This document shows, one piece after another, positions 37,816-50,010 of a stretch of DNA of 50,010 nt. The notes beneath the pieces are model-generated. The model had not been told where the DNA came from. It saw nothing but the letters and a program-made list of their open reading frames with translations, and searched no databases. The DNA is taken from NCBI GenBank assembly GCA_040389125.1, contig JAZKAN010000006.1:1-50010 (forward strand), read 5' to 3'. A program made the position numbers and the translations under genes. The DNA is from Patescibacteria group bacterium. GTDB taxonomy: Bacteria > Patescibacteriota > Minisyncoccia > Phycocordibacterales > DATDWN01. How positions within the stretch are numbered: the stretch's first letter is position 1; the number at the start of each line of letters is the position of its first letter.

Positions 37816-40800
37816 ATGTCTACAGCACACAACACAACACGACCACAAAAGTTCTTCGGCAGATTCAAGGAGCCACTCGTGCCTACTCCGAACTTTGTCG
37901 AGCCTCAGCTCGATTCATTTACATGGCTCATCGAAAAAGGACTCAAGGAAGTGTTTGAGGAGTTTTCATCTATAAAAGACTACTCAGAAAAGAAATTCCA
38001 GCTCGATTTCACTGGTTTTGAACTCGCCCAGCCAAAATACGATGAATACCACGCAAAGGACAACAAACTCTCATACGAGGCGCCTCTCAAAGTAAAAGTT
38101 CAACTCAAAAATCTCATTTTAGGTACAACAAAAGAGCAGGAGATTTTCATGGCGGATTTTCCTCTCATGACTTCTCACGGTACGTTCATTATTTCTGGTA
38201 TTGAGCGTGTTATCGTGCCGCAGCTCGCGCGTTCATATGGTGTATTTTTCACAGCATCTGAAGTAAAAGGACGCAAACTTTTTGGTGCAAAAATCATTCC
38301 ATCTCGTGGTGCGTGGGTTGAAATTGAGTCCGATGCAGATGGTATGCTCTATGTTCGTATTGACCGCAAGCGAAAGTTTGCAGGATCAACACTTCTCCGT
38401 GTGCTAGGTGCTGAAACAGATAGTGACATTTTGAAACTATTTGCAGGCGAACCGTTTGCAAAAGCATCTATGGAGAAAACTCTTGCAAAGGACCATAGTA
38501 AAACTGCTGACGATGCATTTGTGGAAATCCACAAACGACTGCGCGATGGCGACTTGGCAACTGTTGAAAATGCACGAGAATTCGTCAAATCTATTTTCGA
38601 TGCACAGCGATACGACCTTTCTCGCGTTGGACGATTTAGTTTCAACAAACGATTTGGCAAGAAGATGGATGAAAAGGAACTCAACCGAAAGACACTTTCG
38701 ATCGAGGATATCGTTCTCATTATGTCTCATATTGCAACACTCAACAACACTCCTCATGCAATCGAAGACGATATTGACCACCTCGGCAAACGACGTGTGC
38801 GATTTGTTGGAGAGCTATTTCAGCAGAATGTACGAAAAGGAATGGCGCAGATCAAACGAAACATTCAAAACAGAATGTCTACAATTGATACAGATGTAAC
38901 ACTTCCTGTGCAGTTTATTTCTCCAAAACCACTTCAGGCGCGAATCAAGGAATTTTTCACTACAAACCAGCTGTCGCAGTTCATGCTTCAGGAAAACCCA
39001 CTCGCTGAAATCGAGCATTTGCGAACACTTTCTGCACTCGGCCCCGGAGGATTGAACCGTGCACGAGCAGGATTCGAGGTGCGAGACGTGCACCCATCTC
39101 ACTACGGACGTATTTGTCCGATTCATACACCAGAAGGTCCAAACATCGGTCTCGTTCTTCGTCTTGCGGTTTACGCACGACTCAATGATTTTGGTATGAT
39201 CGAAACTCCATATGCAAAAGTAAAAAATGCAAAAGTAACAGATGAAATTGTATTTTTGAATGCATCTGAGGAGGAGGGATATGCTATTGCACATGCAGCA
39301 ACTCCAGTAGATAAAGACGGCAAGATTCTCGTTGACGAAGTCGAGGTTCGTATCGAGGGTAACCCAGCAACAGTTTCAAAAGAAAAAGTTGACTATATGG
39401 ATGTTGCTACAAACCAGGCATTTTCTATTGCAACATCAATGATTCCGTTTCTAAACCACGATGAGGCAAACCGAGCACTCATGGCATCAAACATGCAGAA
39501 ACAAGCAACCCCATGTATTGTTCCAGAGGCACCACTCGTTGCAACAGGTATGGAAAGTCTCGCGCTACGCGATACCGGACGACTCGTTGTTGCACCAGAA
39601 GACGGAGTAGTAACACATGCAGACGGTATCAAAGTTGCAATCAAAACTACAAAAAGTGGCAAGGATTTCTCATACAACCTTGTACGATTTTCACGAACAA
39701 ACGGATTTACAGCATTCCACCAGAGACCATCAGTCAATGTTGGTGACAAAGTAAAGAAAGGCGATGTGCTCGCAGATACATCTGCATCAGAAAATGGACA
39801 GACAGCTATTGGTCAGAACATGCTCGTTGCATTCATGTCATGGAGTGGTTCAAACTACGAAGACGCGATTATTCTCTCGGAGCGTGTTGTTAAAAATAGT
39901 AAGTTCACATCGATTCATATCGAGGATTTCGTAGTAAACGTGCGTGATACAAAACTTGGTCCCGAAGTAACTACATGTGATATTCCAAACGTGGGTGAAG
40001 CAAAACTAAAAAACCTTGCAGAAGACGGTATTATCCGTGTCGGTGCAGAGGTGCGATCTGGAGATATTCTCGTGGGTAAAGTAACACCAAAAGGCGAGAC
40101 GCAGCTCACTCCAGAAGAGAGACTCCTCCGATCACTATTTGGTGAGAAAGCAAAAGATGTAAAAGATACATCAAAGAGAATGGAGGGTGGCAAAAAAGGA
40201 CGTATTATTAAAGTTCAGATATTTTCTCGAGAAAAGGGTGACAAACTTGAGAGTGGAATCATCAAGCGAATTCACATCGAGGTTGCTCAGATTCGAAATG
40301 TATCAGTGGGCGACAAGCTTGCTGGACGACACGGAAACAAGGGTGTTATTTCTCGAATTCTTCCTGAGGAAGATATGCCATACATGGCAGACGGAACTCC
40401 GATTGATGTGATTTTGACACCACTCGGTGTGCCATCACGTATGAACCTCGGACAAATTCTCGAGCTTCACTTGGGTCTCGCGGCACACACTCTCGGCTAT
40501 CAGGCTATCGTGCCTCCATTTGCAGGTGCGACTGGAGATGAAATTAAATCAGAATTAAAATCTGCGGGATTCTCTGAAACGGGTAAAATGAAATTATTTG
40601 ACGGACGTACGGGTATTCCATTTGAGCAGGATATTGCCGTGGGATATATGTACATTTTGAAACTACATCACATGGTGGAAGACAAGATCCACATGCGAAG
40701 TATTGGTCCATACTCTCTTATTACACAGCAACCACTCGGAGGAAAGGCACAGAACGGAGGTCAGCGATTTGGAGAAATGGAAGTGTGGGCACTTCTCGGT

Positions 40801-41022
40801 CATGGTGCAGCGCATACATTGCAAGAGATTCTTACAATCAAATCCGATGATATTACAGGACGATCTGCTGCGTTTGATGCGATTGTAAAGGGTTTGCCAA
40901 TTACACAACTGAACACACCGGCATCATTCAATGTATTACTCAATAACCTTCGAGGTCTCGCTCTCGATGTACAGATCAAAAAAGGTTCGAAAGAATTATC
41001 AGCACCTGAGCCAAAAAACTAG
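37816..41022 (+). CDS. rpoB: RNA polymerase beta subunit
   Basis: HPSHYGRICP, TPEGPNIGL, GDKLAGRHGNKG, GGQRFGEMEVWAL; probable start MSTAH. Confidence 0.98.
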   Translation: MSTAHNTTRPQKFFGRFKEPLVPTPNFVEPQLDSFTWLIEKGLKEVFEEFSSIKDYSEKKFQLDFTGFELAQPKYDEYHAKDNKLSYEAPLKVKVQLKNLILGTTKEQEIFMADFPLMTSHGTFIISGIERVIVPQLARSYGVFFTASEVKGRKLFGAKIIPSRGAWVEIESDADGMLYVRIDRKRKFAGSTLLRVLGAETDSDILKLFAGEPFAKASMEKTLAKDHSKTADDAFVEIHKRLRDGDLATVENAREFVKSIFDAQRYDLSRVGRFSFNKRFGKKMDEKELNRKTLSIEDIVLIMSHIATLNNTPHAIEDDIDHLGKRRVRFVGELFQQNVRKGMAQIKRNIQNRMSTIDTDVTLPVQFISPKPLQARIKEFFTTNQLSQFMLQENPLAEIEHLRTLSALGPGGLNRARAGFEVRDVHPSHYGRICPIHTPEGPNIGLVLRLAVYARLNDFGMIETPYAKVKNAKVTDEIVFLNASEEEGYAIAHAATPVDKDGKILVDEVEVRIEGNPATVSKEKVDYMDVATNQAFSIATSMIPFLNHDEANRALMASNMQKQATPCIVPEAPLVATGMESLALRDTGRLVVAPEDGVVTHADGIKVAIKTTKSGKDFSYNLVRFSRTNGFTAFHQRPSVNVGDKVKKGDVLADTSASENGQTAIGQNMLVAFMSWSGSNYEDAIILSERVVKNSKFTSIHIEDFVVNVRDTKLGPEVTTCDIPNVGEAKLKNLAEDGIIRVGAEVRSGDILVGKVTPKGETQLTPEERLLRSLFGEKAKDVKDTSKRMEGGKKGRIIKVQIFSREKGDKLESGIIKRIHIEVAQIRNVSVGDKLAGRHGNKGVISRILPEEDMPYMADGTPIDVILTPLGVPSRMNLGQILELHLGLAAHTLGYQAIVPPFAGATGDEIKSELKSAGFSETGKMKLFDGRTGIPFEQDIAVGYMYILKLHHMVEDKIHMRSIGPYSLITQQPLGGKAQNGGQRFGEMEVWALLGHGAAHTLQEILTIKSDDITGRSAAFDAIVKGLPITQLNTPASFNVLLNNLRGLALDVQIKKGSKELSAPEPKN

Positions 41023-41042
41023 CTCTAATTAACTCAAATCAT

Positions 41043-44714
<3,672 letters not shown>

Positions 44715-44725
44715 TTCTTTCAAAT

Positions 44726-44946
44726 ACTAATTCTCTCACTAAGTTATTTTTGAGCACGCATAAAGTTTTGGTAAACTTTTGCTCTCGCTCGAAGATCAAG
44801 AAAACAATCAGCTCAATTCATAGCCTTCCCACAAACTCCTCGCTGAGTACAGCTTCGTCAAACAGTGCTCCAGGCTTATTTCATCTTCGTTGTTGTTTTC
44901 TAATCTTCTCCGCAGTCTCAAAAATAATTTAGATGAGAAAATTAGT
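44726..44946 (-). repeat. Divergent three-way-junction palindromic element, copy G
   Basis: ~29-bp imperfect terminal IR; long internal stem; minus-strand GCA-AAAGTTT-ACCA-AAACTTT-A-TGC hairpin mirrors the family-1 hairpin. Confidence 0.7.
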
Positions 44947-44986
44947 TAAGTTGTTCACTTATTCAAAGTTTTTTAATTAAAACAAT

Positions 44987-45631
44987 ATGAATCAAAAAGG
45001 TTTTGCAAAAATAATTTTGATTGGAGTAGTTGCTGTCCTTGTTGTTATTGGTGGATATTTATATTTTTTAAATAGTCTGCCGTGTGGTGATCCGCGCAGT
45101 CCATTTTCGCCATTAGTAAATTGTGCTGTGCCTCTAAATACTATCAAGACTTCCCAAACAGCTACAACGACAGATGCAGTCATAAATTGGAAAACCTATG
45201 CAAATGAAAAATATGGTTTTACATTCAAATATCCCGCTACTTACACAATAAAGGTATTTGAAAAACCTCAAGTTTTAGAAAATTTATTTAGTGTAAATGT
45301 TACGAGTTCAGTGCAGAATGAAGGCGATGTAGCTGCTGCAATTGCTAGCATACATGTATTTAGCAATCCAAAACACCTATCACTTGCAGATTGGGCAGTA
45401 CAAAATTCAAACTTTTCAAATTATATTAATGAGGGTTTGAATGTAAGGAGTGATGTAGTTTCTGGTCACAAATCCTTTAGTTATTTCTGGTATGGTATGA
45501 CTGGAGGAAAGACAGTTTTAATTGAAAATGGTACTACTGTTTTTATGTTGGATATGACTGTGGATGATAGAGATATTGAGCGTACGGGAGAGTTGGATAG
45601 TATACTATCTTCATTTGAGTTTTTGAAATAG
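44987..45631 (+). CDS. Membrane-anchored surface protein (pilin-like leader, PsbP-like domain)
   Basis: MNQKGF plus hydrophobic helix; WKTYANEKYGFTFKYP motif. Confidence 0.7.
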   Translation: MNQKGFAKIILIGVVAVLVVIGGYLYFLNSLPCGDPRSPFSPLVNCAVPLNTIKTSQTATTTDAVINWKTYANEKYGFTFKYPATYTIKVFEKPQVLENLFSVNVTSSVQNEGDVAAAIASIHVFSNPKHLSLADWAVQNSNFSNYINEGLNVRSDVVSGHKSFSYFWYGMTGGKTVLIENGTTVFMLDMTVDDRDIERTGELDSILSSFEFLK

Positions 45632-45668
45632 GGAATATATTTGGTGAGGTGATTAACAAAAATAAAAA

Positions 45669-47435
45669 ATGTCATCATCTGTTGATCAAATCAAAGCAAA
45701 AATAGATATTGTCACGCTGGTCGGGTCGTATATAAAACTCGACAAGGCTGGCACGAATTTCAAAGGCAAGTGTCCATTTCATAATGAAAAGACGCCGTCT
45801 TTTTTCGTGTCTCCGGATCGCGGAAGCTATTATTGTTTTGGTTGTCAGGCCAAGGGCGACATATTTACGTTTGTGCAGGAGTTTGAGGGGCTCGACTTTG
45901 TCGGAGCCCTCAAGGTTTTGGCCGAGAGGGCTGGAGTAACTCTTGAGAATAACGAAAGAGGTGATAAAACAGAAAAAGAGAGACTTCACGGAGTACTTGA
46001 ACAGGCGGTATTTTTCTATCAGAAAAAATTAACTGAAACTCCGAATGCAGTTGAATATCTGCACGGCAGATCTGTGACAGATAAAACAATCACAGATTTT
46101 CGAATTGGGTTTGCACCACAGGAGTGGCGAGACTTGTTCGAGTATTTACTGGCACGAGGTGTGACTGAATCTGACATGCTCGCGGTGGGACTCATCAAAC
46201 GCAAAGAGGGCACGACTTCATCATACTACGATACATTCCGTGGGCGTGTAATGTTTCCCATCAATGACTCGTCTGGTAGGGTAGTGGGATTTTCTGGTCG
46301 AATACTTGTGCCAGATGATAAATCTCCCAAATACCTCAACAGTCCAGAAACTACACTTTTCAATAAATCAGAAACTCTTTTTGGATTTGATAAGGCGAAA
46401 AAAGATATTCGGCTCAAGGACTATTCGATACTGGTAGAGGGACAAATGGATCTTATTATGCTTCACCAGGTTGGCATTACAAACACAGTTGCCTCATCGG
46501 GAACAGCACTGACCACAGAACACTTGACCAAGCTCAGACGACTGTCTGACAGAATCATTATGGCGTACGATGGTGACAGTGCTGGATTCAATGCATCAAA
46601 CAGGAGTGCTCAGCTCGCACTGTCTCTCGGGATGGAGCTCAAAGTTGCAGTCATGCCAGAAGGTAAAGACCCTGCTGATTTGGCACGAGAAAATGTAGAC
46701 GAACTTGTAGAGCGATTGAAAACAGCAAAACATATTATCGATTTCTACACAGAATCCCTTCTTGCACGAGGACTACCTGCGCGTGAGCTGGGACAGGAGA
46801 TTCAAAAACATGTCCTACCATATGTTGCGATTCTGACCAGCACAATAGAAAAATCACATTTTATAAAAAGTATTGCCCAAAGAGCGTTTATAAAAGAGGA
46901 TGCGCTGTGGGATGATTTGAAACGAATCGCAAGTCCACAACATACATATGTACCAATCAAAACAGATGGTCCACCGAAAACAGCGAGAGTGGATTCAATC
47001 GAAAGAAAGGTTGTGGGGGTAATCATGTGGCAGAAATCACAAAAAGCAAAAACAATGACACTAGCCCGCGCGGTGGGAGTGAATGAGGAAAATACCTCCG
47101 TCATTAATCCAGATGAAATAGAATCAAGAGCAAAAGAAATTTTTGGGGAGAGATGGGATGAGGTGTGGAATCAATTTGAAAAAGAGAAAGATCTATTGTT
47201 GTTTGAGACAGAAGCATATTATAATAATAAGGCAAATCTCGCACTGGACATACGCGAATTACTCATGGCTCTTGAGGAAGAACATTTAAAGAAAGAATTT
47301 CAAAAAACAATTGTATTACTCCAGAAGGCAGAACAACTCAGGGACAGTTCAGAGGTACTCAAATATTTAGAAGAATGCCAGCGAATCTCACAGAAAATTA
47401 ACATCCTCAAACAAATTCATGAAAAAAACAAATAA
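45669..47435 (+). CDS. dnaG: DNA primase
   Basis: [11 protein letters not shown]...YCFGC zinc finger, [36 protein letters not shown]. Confidence 0.97.
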   Translation: MSSSVDQIKAKIDIVTLVGSYIKLDKAGTNFKGKCPFHNEKTPSFFVSPDRGSYYCFGCQAKGDIFTFVQEFEGLDFVGALKVLAERAGVTLENNERGDKTEKERLHGVLEQAVFFYQKKLTETPNAVEYLHGRSVTDKTITDFRIGFAPQEWRDLFEYLLARGVTESDMLAVGLIKRKEGTTSSYYDTFRGRVMFPINDSSGRVVGFSGRILVPDDKSPKYLNSPETTLFNKSETLFGFDKAKKDIRLKDYSILVEGQMDLIMLHQVGITNTVASSGTALTTEHLTKLRRLSDRIIMAYDGDSAGFNASNRSAQLALSLGMELKVAVMPEGKDPADLARENVDELVERLKTAKHIIDFYTESLLARGLPARELGQEIQKHVLPYVAILTSTIEKSHFIKSIAQRAFIKEDALWDDLKRIASPQHTYVPIKTDGPPKTARVDSIERKVVGVIMWQKSQKAKTMTLARAVGVNEENTSVINPDEIESRAKEIFGERWDEVWNQFEKEKDLLLFETEAYYNNKANLALDIRELLMALEEEHLKKEFQKTIVLLQKAEQLRDSSEVLKYLEECQRISQKINILKQIHEKNK

Positions 47436-48702
47436 AAAAAATAAAAAAGTACATACGAAATCTACTGTGAAGAAATCTTCTAAAAAAGTACAGAAGACTG
47501 TTAAGCCTGTGAAAAAAGTAAAAAAGGTGAAAAAAATCTCTGCACCAAAAGTGCGTAGTAAAAAGAAAAGCAAAACATCGATCGCAATCGGACTCGGTGG
47601 AAACGGACCTGTGAAAGTTTTAAAAAAGGCTGACAAACAGGATCAGGGTATGACACGACTCCTACACAAAGGAAAGGAACGAGGATATGTAACATATGAT
47701 GAAATTTTGAAGGAGTTTCCTACAGTTGAAGAAGATATTTTATTTCTCGACGAGTTGTATGACAAACTTTCTTCATCTGGTATTGATATTTTGGAGGGCG
47801 GAGGACTTCTCGAAAATCCAAGTGTCGATGATTTAGTTAATAAAAAATATACATATGGACGGGAATCATCTTACGATTCTATTCAAATGTATCTAAAGGA
47901 AATCGGACAGTACCAGCTCATTTCCGGTAGTATGGAAAAGGAGCTCGCAAAACGAATTGAAGCTGGAGACATTGAGGCCAAAAATCTTCTTGCTCGTGCG
48001 AACTTGCGTCTCGTGGTTTCGATTGCTAAAAAATATGTTGGGCGTTCTGCTGACCTCACACTTCTCGATCTTATTCAAGAGGGGAATCTAGGACTTTTTA
48101 AAGCGGTTGATAAATTTGATTGGACAAAGGGATACAAATTTTCAACATACGCAACATGGTGGATTCGCCAGGCGATAACCCGAGCCCTTGCGGACCAGTC
48201 ACGAACGATCCGCGTGCCAGTACACATGGTAGAGACTATCGCGAAATACAAACAGGTGGTTCGACGTTTGTCACAGGATTTGGGACGCGATCCACTTCCC
48301 GAAGAAATTGCAACAGAGATGAATATTCCTGTGGATAAAATCTATACGATTGAAAAAATTGATCAGAGCACAGTCTCTCTCGAGGCACCAATAGGTGAGG
48401 ATGATGACAGTAAATCAAAACTGGGGGACTTTCTTGCTGATGATAAAATCCTATCACCAGATCAGGAGTCGTCACGTCGTATTATTTCAGACCAAGTCAA
48501 AGAAATTCTAAACGATCTTCCAGAAAAGGAACGCAAGATTCTTGAATTGCGACATGGACTCGTAGATGGTGTCACACATACACTCGAGGAAGTGGGCAAG
48601 GAGTTCGGTGTCACTCGCGAACGTATCCGTCAGATCGAGGCCAAGGCGCATGAGAAGATTAGGCAACACGACAAGATAAATCGCCTGCGAAACTACTATT
48701 AA
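47419..48702 (+). CDS. rpoD: Primary sigma factor with Lys-rich N-terminal extension
   Basis: [46 protein letters not shown]...[10 protein letters not shown]; dnaG-rpoD order. Confidence 0.95.
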   Translation: MKKTNKKNKKVHTKSTVKKSSKKVQKTVKPVKKVKKVKKISAPKVRSKKKSKTSIAIGLGGNGPVKVLKKADKQDQGMTRLLHKGKERGYVTYDEILKEFPTVEEDILFLDELYDKLSSSGIDILEGGGLLENPSVDDLVNKKYTYGRESSYDSIQMYLKEIGQYQLISGSMEKELAKRIEAGDIEAKNLLARANLRLVVSIAKKYVGRSADLTLLDLIQEGNLGLFKAVDKFDWTKGYKFSTYATWWIRQAITRALADQSRTIRVPVHMVETIAKYKQVVRRLSQDLGRDPLPEEIATEMNIPVDKIYTIEKIDQSTVSLEAPIGEDDDSKSKLGDFLADDKILSPDQESSRRIISDQVKEILNDLPEKERKILELRHGLVDGVTHTLEEVGKEFGVTRERIRQIEAKAHEKIRQHDKINRLRNYY

Positions 48703-48720
48703 AATATCCAAAAATTAAAA

Positions 48721-48753
48721 CAAAATTTCCTACTTCTAAAGTGGGAAATTTTG
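48721..48753 (+). terminator. Terminator after rpoD
   Basis: CAAAATTTCCTACTT/AAGTGGGAAATTTTG. Confidence 0.7.
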
Positions 48754-48866
48754 TTATTCACATATTGGAGTTGCAATAGCTTTTATATAAAAATATTATG
48801 ATATATACTAAAATAGTCTCTTTTTTATTAATTTTAATATGTTTTTATAACATTTGCATGCATTTT

Positions 48867-50010
48867 ATGACTAAAATCCGAAAGAATTTTTTATCTGGAA
48901 AACTGAAAACTCTATCCTTTTTACTTCTTATGTCTATTGTGTGTATGGGGATATATATTCCAGCTCAAGTAGAAGCTGTTACTGTTCCCACCCTTTTAGC
49001 ACACAGCAAATGCGGCGGTTCAACCTGTGTTGCAGGTGCCATGAATACTACCGGTGCCACTCTCCTCATTGCAGTAGTTTCTGAATACGCCATTAGTCCA
49101 ACTGCGGTTGCACCGATTGATACATATGGAAATACTTGGCGAGCTTTGACACCTAAAAATGCTGAGATTAACGGCAATGCTGTAATATACTACTCATATG
49201 ATAAAGCTGGCGGTTCACTCGTAACAGGAGCTAGTGACGTCATACGAATCAACGGCGGTTCTCTCGCAGCCATGGAAGTCATGGCATTTTCTGGAACTGT
49301 TACCGGAAGTAACCCGTTAGATGTTCAAAATGGAACGGCGTGTGCAACTTGTGCCAATCCTCACCTTACTGGCAGTGTTACACCGACTCAGGACAACGCA
49401 CTCATCGTGAGTGGTTTTGGAGCCAACAACACCCTAAACCCTCCTTTAGTTAATTCCGGATTTACTCTCACCGATTCTGTTCCATACGGTTCCACTATTG
49501 GAGGAGGTGCTGCATATCTAGTTCAAACTACTGCGGCTGCGGTAAATCCTGCGTGGCAGTTTCAAGGCGGTTCAACCAACGGTGGTTATGTGATTGCGGC
49601 GTTCAAGTCTGCTGATAGTACACCTCCACCTGCTGATACTACTGCACCTATTATTTCTGCAGTTACTTCGTCATCCATTACTCAATCAGGCGCAAATATC
49701 ACATGGACCACTGATGAGAATTCCGATACTCAGGTGGAGTATGGTACAAGCATTTCCTACGGACAATCAAGTGCATTAAACTCTTCTCTTGCAACTTCCC
49801 ACGCTGTTTCTCTAGCTTCACTTTCACCAGCTACTCTTTACCACTACAGAGTAAAAAGCAAAGATGTGTCAGGAAATTTGGGTATCTCCACCGACCAAAC
49901 CTTCACCACTGCCTCAGCTCCTGCTCCAGACACCACCGCCCCCACCACTCCCGGAACACCATCTGTTTCCGTGGTCTCCTCCTCCCAACTCTCCCTCTCC
50001 TGGACAGCCT
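48867..50010 (+). CDS. Large secreted surface protein with fibronectin type III-like domains (5' part; runs off the window)
   Basis: Absent from the ORF track; read by hand from ATG 48867: MTKIRKN...signal peptide...AQVEA, later DTTAPIISAVTSSSITQSGANITWTTDENSDTQVEYG and YHYRVKSKDVSGN. Confidence 0.8.
   Translation, partial: MTKIRKNFLSGKLKTLSFLLLMSIVCMGIYIPAQVEAVTVPTLLAHSKCGGSTCVAGAMNTTGATLLIAVVSEYAISPTAVAPIDTYGNTWRALTPKNAEINGNAVIYYSYDKAGGSLVTGASDVIRINGGSLAAMEVMAFSGTVTGSNPLDVQNGTACATCANPHLTGSVTPTQDNALIVSGFGANNTLNPPLVNSGFTLTDSVPYGSTIGGGAAYLVQTTAAAVNPAWQFQGGSTNGGYVIAAFKSADSTPPPADTTAPIISAVTSSSITQSGANITWTTDENSDTQVEYGTSISYGQSSALNSSLATSHAVSLASLSPATLYHYRVKSKDVSGNLGISTDQTFTTASAPAPDTTAPTTPGTPSVSVVSSSQLSLSWTA

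Noticed and set aside
44950-44963. TTGTTCACTTAT shared with the HNH promoter
   Set aside because: Only a half-site with no GAAC partner; likely chance
47419-47640. Lys-rich low-complexity RpoD N-terminus
   Set aside because: Similar basic extensions occur on primary sigma factors of several lineages; not distinctive on its own

Overview
Chromosomal window of a reduced, AT-rich bacterium, most likely Patescibacteria/CPR (Parcubacteria-like). This is inferred from the N-terminally truncated IF2, stand-alone rpoBC, Lys-rich RpoD N-terminus and DUF4446/DUF2914 genes. Housekeeping genes: rbfA, infB, cysteine desulfurase, clpB, rpmG, murF, miaA, parB, rel, topA, dprA, serS, dus, dnaX, rpoB, rpoC, dnaG, rpoD. 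There are 7 tRNAs, two free-standing homing-endonuclease genes abutting tRNAs (HNH and LAGLIDADG) and an accessory envelope/signalling block (26.5-36.5 kb). The most unusual signal is non-coding: at least 7 intergenic 130-220 bp elements share one architecture, a long closing stem whose sequence differs in every copy yet stays complementary, enclosing a conserved two-hairpin core with compensatory changes. They comprise family 1 (x3), family 2 (x2), one divergent copy, and one copy whose stem is built from the adjacent tRNA-Leu 3' end. Also notable: self-contained promoter+SD+terminator ORFan cassettes among apparently leaderless host genes, two candidate stand-alone ncRNAs (upstream of dnaX; 6S-like upstream of rpoB), and non-canonical RNAP rifamycin-pocket and trigger-loop residues. 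No transposase, integrase or CRISPR array was seen. All structures were folded by eye and no searches were run.
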